Positions 37,876-50,491 of a stretch of 64,000 bases of DNA are shown in pieces. Under the pieces are notes generated by a model that was given only the letters and a program-made list of their open reading frames with translations, was not told where the DNA came from and ran no database searches. Location: assembly GCA_964016885.1 (NCBI GenBank), contig OZ024753.1, forward strand, positions 14,136,001 to 14,200,000. The letters run 5' to 3'. The position numbers and the translations under genes are program-made. The first letter of the stretch is position 1. Each line of letters starts with the position of its first letter. This stretch comes from Eledone cirrhosa (Eukaryota).

Positions 37876-39689
37876 CGGTAGAGGGTTGGACGCCATGTTT
37901 TCCATGTATATATCTATATCCTTCCGGGATCGATAAAATAAAGTACCAGTAATGCACTGGGGTAATTGCTGGCCTTGTGCCAAAAGTAGAAACAAATATG
38001 GAGCCCATAGTATAAAGTACCAGTTAGGTACTGTGGTTAGTTTAATTGACATTTCCCACCCACCCCCAAATTGCTGGCCTTGTACCGATATTAAAAAGAA
38101 CTTAATCGGTAGAGTGTCAGACAACATACTTTGTGGCGTATAGTTACAGCCCTTTATGTTCTGAGTTCATATCCCACTGAGGTTAGCTTTGACTTTCATC
38201 CTTTCGGGGTCAATAAAATAAAGTACCAGTAATGCATTGGGGTTGATTTAATCAACTTTCCACTCCCCCCAAAATTATTGGCCTTGTGCCTAAATCAGAA
38301 ACCATTATCAAGGGTGGGATGGATTAGCAGAATCGGTAGAGCGTTGGGAGTTAAAATACCTTGCTGTATTTTGTTCAAACTCTTTGTTTTGGGTCAAAAT
38401 CCCACAGAAGTCAACTGTGCCTTTCATCCTTTCAGGGTCGATAAAATAAAGTACCAATTCAATTAGCTATACACCACTTATTCTCCCACCCCACAAAAAT
38501 ATTTATGCCATTGTGCCTATGTTAGAAATGATTATTATTATTATCATTGTTATTATTCTTTATTTTGTAGCGGCAAGTACTGTAGAGTAGAGAAGGGTCT
38601 TTGCCGAAACCGCGACCCCCAAATTTGATTCCCGATTGGAACTCTTTCACTTCACATTTTACACCACTAATCACCTTGAAAGGCATGAACACTACAACTT
38701 CCCCTCTTTCTGGCCCCCATCGCATCCCTACTAAACTCTCTCTCTCAGCCTCTGTAAGAAAACCCTTTTTCTTATATTCTCTTATTCTTTATCATCTTCT
38801 TTAAAAAAATAATAAACTGAGATTAAGGTCTTTAAAAATTTTTTAGGGTAAAAGTTTACATTTTCTGTTTATTTTTTTGTTTTTCTTGGATTTTTCTCTT
38901 ACAAAAAATACACAAACAAATAAATAAATAAAAAATAAAAATGAATTTTTGGGAAACAAATAAACTAGTTATTGTTGTTTTGTTGCTCATGCCTGTTTTA
39001 TTATTTTTTTGTCTTGTAATTTTAAAAAAATGTATATCTTCTTTTAACTAAAAACCTCATTGTGAAGAGTGTGGCCCAGTGGTTAGAGTGTTAGACTCAT
39101 AATCATAGCATCATGGGTTTGAATCATCGATTATCAGGCATGCTATGTTCTTGAGCAAGATGCTTCATTTCACATTGTATTTCATTATAGCACTGGGTCC
39201 TCCCATCATTAAATCAACTGAGAAGTCTCTTATGAGATACAACCTCGTTGGAAGCCAGCTAAACTTGCATAAATGCAAGCCATAAAATTCAATTTTTCCT
39301 TCTGTATAAAGAATGAAGTGTAAACACACTTTCTGTTATTTCCTTCTGCACACAGAAACACATATGATATTAACTATTGTCTCCACATGAAATGTTAACT
39401 ACATTATGATTCTGTATACAGGCGTAGATTTAACCTTTTACCATCTACATTACTCTATATTTACTATTGTATTTTCACGGTAAAGGCTTTACCTCACATA
39501 ATTATCTCACATACCATCTACATTACTCTATATTTACTATTGTATTTTCATGGTAAAGGCTTTACCTCACATAATTATCTCACATAATATTGAATCTATG
39601 AGATTTTGATATTATTTATTTTATGTTCCTAGGTCAACATTGCCTTTAATTCTTTTGGGGGTCAATAAATGGAATACCATTCCAAGAGT

Positions 39690-40442
39690 GCTGGATTGAT
39701 AGAATTCTTGAAGCATTAGATGTGATGTTGTGTAGTGTCTGTTTAAGCTGTGACTGGATTGACGGAATTCTTGAAGCATTAGATGAGATGTTGTGTAGTG
39801 TCTGTTTAAGCTGTGACTGGATTGACGGAATTCTTGAAGCATTAGATGAGATGTTGTGTAGTGTCTGTTTAAGCTGTGACTGGATTGACGGAATTCTTGA
39901 AGCATTAGATGAGATGTTGTGTAGTGTCTGTTTAAGCTGTGACTGGATTGACGGAATTCTTGAAGCATTAGATGGGATGTTGTGTAGTGTCTGTTCAAGC
40001 TGTGACTGGATTGACGGAATTCTTGAAGCATTAGATGAGATGTTGTGTAGTGTCTGTTTAAGCTGTGACTGGATTGACGGAATTCTTGAAGCATTAGATG
40101 GGATGTTGTGTAGTGTCTGTTTAAGCTGTGACTGGATTGACGGAATTCTTGAAGCATTAGATGAGATGTTGTGTAGTGTCTGTTTAAGCTGTGACTGGAT
40201 TGACGGAATTCTTGAAGCATTAGATGAGATGTTGTGTAGTGTCTGTTTAAGCTGTGACTGGATTGACGGAATTCTTGAAGCATTAGATGGGATGTTGTGT
40301 AGTGTCTGTTTAAGCTGTGACTGGATTGACGGAATTCTTGAAGCATTAGATGGGATGTTGTGTAGTGTCTGTTTAAGCTGTGACTGGATTGACGGAATTC
40401 TTGAAGCATTAGATGGGATGTTGTGTAGTGTCTGTTCAAGCT
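39690..40442. repeat. 63-bp minisatellite, ~12 highly homogeneous units
   Basis: Unit ctggattgacggaattcttgaagcattagatgRgatgttgtgtagtgtctgtttaagctgtga. Confidence 0.96.
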
Positions 40443-41134
40443 CTGTATGTTCTGATCTTAAATATCACCTCCTATCACTGGAAAATAACGACACTTCTGC
40501 CAGGGTTTGTGACTGACAGTATCAGCAATGGAAAGCCCAATAGAAACATATTTTCCTTAGAATGATTTGATGATTGGCTACTTTCCTTTTATGTCAAGCT
40601 GGGTTTATTATTTAATTAATTAACGTTGCCAAACGAATGCTCATAATGTAAATTAGGCTGTCCGTTTCAGTTACGCTCTTTCTACATTCAGCTTGATATA
40701 ATGACTGTGATAAAAAACCCTTCTTCAGTTGGCAGAATCATATAGGTAGATGTTTTCTTATGAAGAGAAAAATAATATTTGAAACATGTACCAGTAATCT
40801 CCTGGGTTTTTTCTGTCTACAGAGAAAATAATAAAATGTTTACACTTCTTTCTTTTTTTCAGCAAGGCTTCTAATATAAAACTTTACTAATATCTACATT
40901 AAATTTATATTAAACTTAATAATGTTGAATTTTTACTGAACATAATGAAAGAAATTAACCTTTTATTTAAACAGAATTTAGACCACCATTTCCTCCTCCT
41001 TGTCTAACCTTTATGTCTGTTATACCATACTTGCATGGGTTGGATGGGTCTTTTCCACCATAGCCTTCTGTTATATGTACTTCCTTTCATCTCATTTCAG
41101 TTTCAGCATTTGGAGATCAGCTTTCACCGCTTTG

Positions 41135-41179
<45 letters not shown>

Positions 41180-41333
41180 GTTCTTTGAGTCTCAGTCATT
41201 GATGTTAGTTAACTGGAAAGTTTGTTGAAATGAATATCAAGCCACTACCTGCAGCCTCAGATATTCAGGACGTATCGGAGGGCTCTTGCTGTTCCCAGCA
41301 AGCATGCCTTTTGAAGCGTTCCATTATTATTAT
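41135..41333 (-). mobile_element. R4/Dong-like LINE extreme 3' end within (TAA)n
   Basis: Minus strand encodes GTLQKACLLGTARALRYVLNI* followed by a UTR, with (TAA)n on both sides. Confidence 0.75.
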
Positions 41334-41340
41334 TATTATT

Positions 41341-41421
<81 letters not shown>

Positions 41422-41629
41422 GCCGCCATCATCATCATCTTCATCACCGTTTAACGTTCTATGTACCAGGTGCTTTTTATTGTGGCACCAAAATTACCAC
41501 ATTTACAAGTGTAGACTGGGCACTCTTTGTTGTGTCACCAACACCACCACTTTACAGTGTGGACTGGGCACTTTTTGTTGTGTCACCAACACCACCACTT
41601 TACAGTGTGGACTGGGCACTCTTTATTGA

Positions 41630-42630
41630 CAGATTGACAGAATTTTTAGAGTTTCGAACAAAATGCTTTGCTGTATTTAATTACAACTTTCTACATCCTG
41701 TGCTTTTCATCCTTCCGTGATCAATGAAATAAAGTACCAGTTAAGTACTGGGGTCGATTTAATTAATTTTTCCTTTCCATTCAAATTGTGCCAAATGTAG
41801 AAACATTATTAGTGGATTAGTAGTATCGGTAGAGGGTCTGACGCTATGCTTTGCAGCATAGAGTTACGGCCCTTTATGATCTGAGTTCAAATCCCGCCGA
41901 GGTTAACTTTGCCTTTCATCCTTACGGGGTCGATAAAATGAAGTACCAGTAATGTACTGGGTAATTGCTGGCCTTGTGCCAAAAGTAGAAACAATTATTA
42001 GTAGTTTCTGTATGTGAGTTCAAATCCCACTGAGGCTAGCTTTGTCTTTCATCCTTACGGGGTTGAGAAAATAAAGTACCAGTAACGTACTAGAGTCGAT
42101 TTAATCGACTTGATCCCCCTCAAAAATTGTTGGCCTCATGCCTGAATCAGAAACCATTATTATATTCTGGGGCGGTGGATTGGCAGTATCGGTAGAGGGT
42201 CGGACGCCATGCTTTCCAGCATAGTTACGTCCCTTTACGATCTGAGTTCAAATCCCGCCGAGGTTGACTTTGCCTTTCATCCTTACGGGGTCGATAAAAT
42301 AAAGTACCAGTAATGCACTGGGTAATTGCTGGCCTTGTGCCTAAAGTAGAAACAATTATTACATGGTCGATAAAATAAAGTACCAGTAATGCACTGGGTA
42401 ATTGCTGGCCTTGTGCCTAAAGTAGAAACAATTATTACATGGTCGATAAAATAAAGTACCAGTAATGCACTGGGTAATTGCTGGCCTTGTGCCTAAAGTA
42501 GAAACCATTATTATGTTCTGAGTGCTAATCCCATTGATGTCAACTTTCATCCTTCCACAATCAAATACTTGACTGTTCTCTACCCTCAAGTTTCTGATCG
42601 TGTTCCTTTGTCAGAAACAATTATTATTAA
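41630..42630 (+). mobile_element. Head-to-tail cluster of SINE-B copies plus two extra tandem 3' halves
   Basis: Repeated core and tail units ending near 41810, 42000, 42160, 42360, 42437 and 42512. Confidence 0.85.
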
Positions 42631-43640
42631 TTTAACATTATGAGCTCAAATTACCAGTCAAGTACTGATGTTTTCTTTTTATAACCCACTCCTCTCATGG
42701 GTTTAGCTGGTTTCCCATTGTTTCTTATAAGAGTGCGTTCTTATAGGAAGTATTGCTATTTGGTGTGTTGCAATTATTGCTATTAAATAATAAAATCCTT
42801 CAAAACAAAAGGATCTACAACAGAGGTCTGAAACTCAAGGACTCAAAATACTATGAAGTCCTAGGGGAGAGACACAGCATGCCAAAACTGTGATGGGGCA
42901 AGGCGTGATTCCCATCAGCTGTTATGTTAATTTGCAACACAGCTGATAGGCTGCTTTTTATTGTTTTAATATTTGCATTAGGTTGGCAAGTCAAGCTTAA
43001 CACTTTTGTTACCAATCTGGCCCAAACTATCTTAGTAATGAAATAATTAATAATTTGAGTAAATCGCTCTCTGGTTCTATGAAATAAAGCCACCCCTTTT
43101 AAAGGATTCTAATGTATATTAAAATCTTCCAATATAATTTTATATAAGAACCATTACATTAAGTTATTATCTTAATAATGAAATAATTAAATCCCTCAAA
43201 ATTCTTCATTAATTAGTTTGGAAATTTGAAATTTATTTACTATTATTATGAAAAACTGCCACAATTCTTATAAAGTAGTTGACTAAGTCAGATAAATTAC
43301 CTTTGATGATGGAAAAAGGTGGTCATGTGGTTTGTTTTTCTCTGCCCTTCCTAATACTATCACTATATATACAGTGTTGGTATTAGGAAGGGCAGAGAAA
43401 AACATATATAAGTAAGTCGTTTTCAAATACAATATTAACAGTCATTATCATCATTTAATGTCTGATTTCCCTGCTTATTTATTTCCTTTAGCAGTTTCTC
43501 AGTTCTTGTGCTTTTCAAAAGTAGAATTGAGATGGAGGGTTTGTAGTTTGTCTCGCATCTGGTTAGTGTTCGAAAGTTCTTTCTGTTTTATGTGGCTCGA
43601 ATTGCTGTTTTTTTTTTATGTTTTTTTGTTTTAATAATTT

Positions 43641-46250
43641 GGTACATGGTGGGCATGGTTACGGCTCAAGAAATGAAGAAGGAGTGAAACTTCTTGAATT
43701 TTGTGATGCAAGTACACTGACTATTTGCAACACTAACTTCCAGAAACCTGCCAACCACCTAATAACCTACAAATCTGGCGAGCACATAAGACAGATTGAC
43801 TTCTTACTAGTTAGGCAGAGGGATAGGCAGATAGTGTCTAATACCAAGGCATACCCTGGGGAAGAAGGTACCCCACAGCATAGGTTAGTCATTAGTGATA
43901 TCTCAGTAAGCAAGAGATGGAATGAGACATACAGGAAGGTATGGAGAAGAAAGGTCTGGAAGCTAAAAGACCTTTCACTAAAATACAAATTTAGGAAAGC
44001 TCTTCAAGATGTGTATGACGAAAAAGAAGACGATTTAGAGACATATGACATAGATAATAACTGGAATTTCTTACATGACAACTTACTGCAGGCTACTGAT
44101 GAAACTTGTGGCTGGAGCAGAGCTCCAACCAGACAGAGAGTGACCTGGTGGTGGAACAGCACAGTAGATAAGGCCATTAGAGACAAAAGACTAGCATGGA
44201 AGGCTTGGAAAAAAGGGTGGGAATAGGGAAGGATATACAGCCGCTAAGAGAGAAGCTAGACGTCAGGTGTACTTAGCACGCAGGGAGGCTGAGAGTAGGA
44301 GGTTTGCCAATGTTCTGCGACGGGAAGACAGAGGCGTGCGGTGTTCCACATTGCAAGGCAGTTTGTCAATGCAAATCAGGATGTTGTTGGAGATAAATGT
44401 GTCCGGAATGATGCCGGTGTACTTAGTGTCACAAATGATCAGAAAAAGGAGGCCTGGAAATGTCATTATGAGAGACTGATGAATGTGGAGAAGGAATGGG
44501 AGAGAGAGAAATTACCCTCAGTAGATCCGACAGAGGGACCAGCTATTGAGATTGACGAATATAGGGTCCAAGAGACGATTAAGGAAATGGAAAATGGTAA
44601 GGCCGCTGGACCATCAGGGATAGTTGCTGAGATGCTGAAGGCATCAGGGGATGTAGGCACTAAACTGGTTGACGCATCATCAATCGGGCTATATATGGTG
44701 GTGTCATACCCAAAGACTGGTGCAGCAGTATTCTCATAAATTGCTACAAAGTTAAAGGGGATGCTCTGGAGAGGAGCAATTATAGGGGTATAAAACTGAT
44801 GGATCAGGTTATGAAAGTGGCAGAAAGGATATTAGCACAACTAATTAGAGAAAGGGTCAAACTAGATGAGATGCAGTTTGGTTTTTTGCCTGGGAAGAGT
44901 ACAACAGATGCCCTCTTCTTGGTCAGACAATTACAAGAGAGGATAGAGAAAAATAAGCCACTATACTTAGCCTTTGTTGACCTAGAGAAGGCCTTTGATA
45001 GGGTACCCCGATCTGTCATCTGGTGGTCCCTAAGGAAACTAAGTGTTGAGTAATGCCTTGTGAGGACAGTGCAAACTTTGTACAGAGGTACTGTCAGTAA
45101 AGTCAGAGTAGGAATGGAGTTTAGTGAGGAATTCCAGGTACAAGTAGGTACAAGTACATCAAGGTTCGGTCCTCAGCCCGCTCTTGTTCATTATAGTCCT
45201 CCAAGCCACAACAGAGGAGTTTAAGACTGGCTGTACATGGGAACTTCTCTATGCTGACAATCTGGTTCTTATAGCAGAATCAGTAGAGGAACTAGAGAAT
45301 AAATTCTGGCTATGGAAACAGCAGTTGGAAGCAAGAGGACTGAGAGTAAACCTAGCTAAGACAAAAGTGTTGATGAGTAGAAAAGAGGACAAAACTCTGA
45401 TTCCGTCAGGGAAATGGCCATGTTCGATATGCAGAAAAGGAACTGGCATAAATTCTATAAAATGCACACAATGCAGATCCTGGGTACACAAGATATGTAG
45501 CGGGATAGCAGGCAAACTAACAGGTAGGGAGAAATACATATGCAGTAGATGTACAGGGAAATTAGACAGTAGAAGTTGCATTGATAGACACATTTTTCAA
45601 ATGCAGGCGGGTTCTATAGAAGTGGTGGATAGCTTCCGGTACCTAGGAGATCAGATTAGAATGGGAGGGGGGTGTTCCGAGGCCATAGTATCTAGAATAA
45701 GGACAGGTTGGAAGAAGTTTAGGGAGTTTCTTCCTCTGCTGATGAAGAAGGGTTTCTCCCTGCGTACAAAAGGCCGGTTATATGATGCCTGTGTGAGGAG
45801 CGTGATGCTGCATGGTAGTGAGACATGGGCAGCAACTGCAGGGGATATGCAACGGCTGGAGAGAAATGAGGCAAGCATGTTCCATTGGATGTGCAATGTT
45901 AATGTGTGTGAACGACCCAGCATGAATGTGTTGAGAGAGAAACTGTGTCTGAGAGGGATAGAATGTAGTGTATGGGAGAGGAGACTGAGGTGGTATGGAC
46001 ATGCGATGCGTATGGAGGATGACCGATGGGTGAAGAAGTGCCAGTAATTGCCAGTTGAAGGAAGACATGGTAGAGATAGACCACGAAAAACATGGGCGGA
46101 GGTGGTGAGAACAGACCTCAGATTGCTGAAGCTCACGGTGGAGATGACGAAGGACCGTGACAAGTGGAGAGATGCTGTGCTGAATAAGACCCGTCCCACC
46201 CTTGCAAGCAGGGAAAAGCGGACGTAAAATGATGATGATGATGTTGATGA
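43641..46250 (+). mobile_element. 5'-truncated RTE-clade LINE (APE C-terminus, RT, PHD-like finger, (TGA)n tail), decayed
   Basis: Motifs RNEEG..LLEFC, IDFLLVR, QHRLV, QFGFLPGKSTTDA, AFVDLEKAFDRV, QGSVLSPLLF, LYADN, FRYLG and RRLRWYGH. Stops and frameshifts present. Confidence 0.95.
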
Positions 46251-46610
46251 CCGTTACGTGAATAAGTACAATACATTTTGACACCCCAGTCTGACATCAG
46301 CCATACTCACTGAACCAGAACTATTCCCCCCCCCCCTCCCATTTCTTGACCATTGTTTGGCACAAAATTTTCTATGACAAACCATCCTTTTCTGGCACCT
46401 ATATTATATGGCCAATCACGTGACTGTGAAAATGTTAATAAAGAAACTTCAAACACGAACTGACGCAAAATTTGATGTACTTATTCCTGTAACAGTCAAG
46501 CAACCAAATTATAGTTATAAAAAAAATAATTTGAGCCAGATTTTTTAAGGCAAATATAATAAGAACTTTGGGACATGCACTGGCGCGAAATTTATTGTAC
46601 TTATTCACGT
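46251..46610. mobile_element. MITE-like element with 18-bp inverted repeats
   Basis: acgtgaataagtacaata (46256-46273) pairs with tattgtacttattcacgt (46593-46610). Confidence 0.55.
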
Positions 46611-46611
46611 T

Positions 46612-47690
46612 GTGAAAAAGACTGTTGTGAGGTACCAGCCAGCACCTGGGGAAGAATGCACTACACCAAGTGTGTATGTGTACGGAAAGATGCTAAAAGT
46701 TGCTGACAAGTTTGTTTACCTTGGTAGTACATTGAACGATTCATGTGCGCTTAATGATGAGATATCCTTAAGAATCAAGAAAGCCAGTGATGCATTTGGA
46801 CAGCTGCATGAACGTTTATGATCCAGACGAGGTATCACCATTGAAAGCAAGGTGAAAGTTTATCTAACTTGTATCGTCTCCTCTTTGTTTTATGCTTGTG
46901 AAAGATGGGTCACATACAGAAAGCACCTCAGGGAACTGGAGAGGTTTCACCAACAACCTTTTCGTAAGATACTTGGGGTGCGATAGAAAATATTCGTCAG
47001 TGATTTGGAAGTTCTCGAACAGAGCAGGTGTGTGACTATAGAGTGCATGATCTTTCGGCATCGGTTGAGGTGATGCGGACGCGTGGTCCAGATGTCTGAT
47101 GATTGTATTCTAAAGCAACTTCTCTACGGTGAACTGTGTGAAGGAAGGTGACCACCACTCAAACCAAAAATGCGGTACCGGGACTGTGTCAGAGGCTTGC
47201 ACTAGAATTTCATCTGAGGAATGGGAGAAAATGTTTGAGGAGCATGTGAAGTGGAGACGTTTGATCAAGTCAGGAAGTGAACACTTTGAAACTCATCGAA
47301 GAGAACACCTTACACTGAAGGTGAGAAAAAGAGACTGTTCTGAACTGCCTGTTGCTGAACAACATCTGGTTTGCCAGCACTGTGGTCGAGTCTGCCTAAG
47401 TAAAGTTGGTTTAACTGGACACAGTCATATCAGTAGACCTCATGTAGATTATGATATGAAAAGGTGTAAGGAATGTGGCAAGGAATGTGCAATTATGGGA
47501 GGTCTTAAAATACATATGATAACACACAGTCAGAACGAAGCAGTGGAAAGTCCCAGAGGAGCCTACAGTTGCCATGTATGTGGCAGAAGGTGCAAGTCTT
47601 TGGCTGGTTTAAAGAGCCACATTCATGCCTCACATTTTTTAGCATTTTATCAGGCAATGGCAATGTTCGAACACAAGTTTGCGTCCATCA
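46612..47690 (+). mobile_element. RTE/BovB-like LINE 3' fragment ending in three C2H2-type zinc fingers
   Basis: KTVVRYQPAP..FVYLGSTL..DEISLRIKKASDAFG, then CQHCGRVCLSKVGLTGH, CKECGKEC..GLKIHMITH and CHVCGRRCKSLAGLKSHIH. Confidence 0.82.
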
Positions 47691-48293
47691 TATATATATA
47701 TATATCGTTTATGTTATGCTGTTTACCAGTGGGTAGAATTGGTGGTTCTGGTTGGTAGACATGCAACAAATTAATTAAAGCACACAACGTTGTGTATGTC
47801 ATCCATCGTAGATGTGGTATCCAGTGGTTGATGCAAGCACAGAGTAAAGTATTTATTAAAACAACAGAAGTTCCGGACAAGAAAATTTACTTTAGAATTT
47901 TAATTCCGCAAAACCACTATACATATTTCAATGGCTCAGCTCTGATTATGATGCAAGACTAGGCTATTTCATTAGGTGTTATTTGCAGAATTATGTAACA
48001 GGATTACATTGAACCCAAAAATGGAATAGAAGATAGGGATAGAAAAAAACAGAAAATTTGATTCGGACAAGGCCTGCTAATTTGGTGTTATATCGATAGC
48101 AGGTGGTCCACGATATATATATATTAGTAAAAGTAGAGGATTGACTGTGAACTCAATGTTTTTGGCTAGTTACCCTGGTTGGTCCTCTTCTTTTATTAAT
48201 ATATCTACTCTATATCATACCATGGATCAAGTACCTCTTTGATTTGTCGTCTTCCTGGTCCCAGTACTACTAATTATCAATATATATATATAT

Positions 48294-48634
48294 GGAGGCA
48301 CATGGCTTAGTGGTTAGAGCATTGGCCTTGCAATCGAAAGGTTGTGAGTTCAATTCTCAGACCGGATGATGTGTTGTTTCCTTGAGCAAGACACTTTATT
48401 TCACATTGCTCCAGTTTACTCAGCTGTAGAAATGAGATGATAGGGACTGGGGTCCCTATCATTCCACTGCAAAGTGGTCGTGGAGGTGCCACGGCAAAAA
48501 AGCACCCAGCACTCACTGTAAATGAGGTTGGTGTTAGGAAGGGCATCCAGCTGTAGAAATCAAGCCAGAATCAGTTCCCGTCCCACCCTTGCAAGCAGGG
48601 AAAAGCGGACGTAAAATGATGATGATGATGATGA
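48294..48634 (+). mobile_element. SINE family A
   Basis: Full length within (TA)n; tail identical to the RTE 3' end. Confidence 0.93.
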
Positions 48635-49202
48635 TATATATTATCACAGCAGAGGTCCGACGAGCTTTTCATCCCAGGGTCGGGCCAGATCAATACAGAT
48701 TGAACCTTGAGCTGATCAATAGCGAAACACGCATCACTACTCAATAAATGTAATGAAAGCTTAACTATTATACTATTATATTTACACTCTGTTTAGTTCT
48801 ACACCTCGATACAGACGGGGAAACTACACTTCAAGTGCTTACTTGGGTGAACCTACAGAAACAGGATGTTACACTCCCTAGATATATATATATACTTGAA
48901 GCGTTCATTAATCAGCATTTGATATATTAATGTATTTGGTGTCTTTTCTTTTTTTATGAATAACTTGCTTCAGGTGTATTTCCAATTTTTGGCACAATAG
49001 GAGTTTGTATACACACCTTTTTGGAAAATTCTTTCAGAAGGGTGTGATTCATAATCTTTTGTTTTGCTTATCATGATAAATTACTCTATTTTAAGGTGTG
49101 TTTAACCTCTCCAACTATGGTTTCAACCTCTCATATTGTTTTTGTGAAAAACAATACATATTATTATGCTTTGGGAGGGTCATGTTGCCAATAAAGAATC
49201 TT

Positions 49203-49526
49203 CATCATTTCATTTTATGTCCACTTTTTCCCTGCTTGCAAGGGTGGGACGGGAACTGATTTTGGCTTGATTTCTACAGCTGGATGCCCTTCCTAACACC
49301 AACCTCATTTACAGTGAGTGCTGGGTGCTATTTTGCCGTGGCACCTCCACGACCACTTTGCAGTGGAATGATATGGACCCCATCTCATTTCTACAGCTGA
49401 GTAAACTGGAGCAATGTGAAATAAAGTGTCTTGCTCAAGGAAACAACACATAACCCGGTCTGAGAATTGAACTCACAACCTTTCGATTGCAAGGCAAATG
49501 CTCTAACCCCTATGCCATGTGCCTCC
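49203..49526 (-). mobile_element. SINE family A
   Basis: Reverse-complement copy. Further 3' fragments at 13683(-), 31140, 54335(-), 55040(-), 56775 and 60300. Confidence 0.9.
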
Positions 49527-49597
49527 TACTAAACAAATTCAGAAACGAAATATATATTACATATATATATATATTTAAATAAAGGAAAAAAAAACTA

Positions 49598-49670
<73 letters not shown>

Positions 49671-49819
49671 ACAATTTAGCTTCAGGCATAGTTGTATTAA
49701 GATATGTATTGGAATTTCGCATTTCAGGAGAAATATGGTATGTTTAAAAGGAACCGTAGCTATGCCAAAATACCAGTGACTAGCGCTGTCTGGTGGTAAC
49801 CAGCAGAAGCAAGAGGGAC

Positions 49820-49867
49820 AATCGTGGATATGCATTTTGAACTGAACTGGTTCTCATCAGCATGATC
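49820..49867 (-). ncRNA. Degenerate hammerhead motif
   Basis: gatcatg-CTGATGA-gaac/gttc-AAAA (G12 to A)-tgcat-ATC-cacgatt. Confidence 0.55.
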
Positions 49868-50187
49868 CCTCCCACTGTTGCAACTGCTTGCATACAATTG
49901 AGATAGAGCTTAGAAAACCAAAGTTAAACAGAAAAAAACGAATGGAACAACAACAACAACCATACCCAAACAAACAATACTGACTTAAGGGAAATATAAA
50001 TAGATAAATAAATATATACACAAGTAGAATAACACCAAACACATACACTCAGACGCGAACACACACCAAACATTATACACACACACAAACGCATGCGCAG
50101 AGATGGAGACAAGAATAAATAAATAAATAAATAAAAATAAAAATGGCGTAGACATTACAATGCATACAATAGGAGGAAACACAATAG

Positions 50188-50231
50188 TACCACTGATGAT
50201 GTCGCAGATGTGCAACGAAAGAACTTTGTTA
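50188..50231 (+). ncRNA. Hammerhead-like motif (related copy at 16544-16587)
   Basis: tacca-CTGATGA-t-gtcgca/tgcaac-GAAA-gaa-CTT-tgtta, with one mismatch each in stems I and II. Confidence 0.5.
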
Positions 50232-50435
50232 TATACAACAGTACACACATGTGAGTGTGTGTGTGTATGCATGTATAAACGTGTGTGTATGTGTGGGGTT
50301 GTTGTGTGTGTTTTTGTGTGTGTCTTTTTCAACCCCACATATACACACACATACACACACACAAGTGTTTATACATGCATATATACACACTCACTCACAT
50401 GTATGTACTGTTATATATACACCCTCACACTCTCT

Positions 50436-50491
<56 letters not shown>

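Noticed and set aside
38585-38620. Hammerhead-like gg..ccGAAAccgcg
   Set aside because: The CUGANGA box and UH site are absent; at best an unrecognisable relic.
39690-40442. CRISPR-like regular array or 21-aa repeat protein
   Set aside because: No unique spacers, eukaryotic context, and no cas genes.
43333-43404. ~30-bp-arm hairpin as a possible miRNA precursor
   Set aside because: The arms consist of the SINE-A segment gcccttcctaa and its complement, so it is more simply a repeat-derived inversion; no expression evidence.
48700-48740. ccttga-gct..agc-GAAA-cacgc-ATC hammerhead-like motif
   Set aside because: The CUGANGA box is incomplete and stem I is not convincing.
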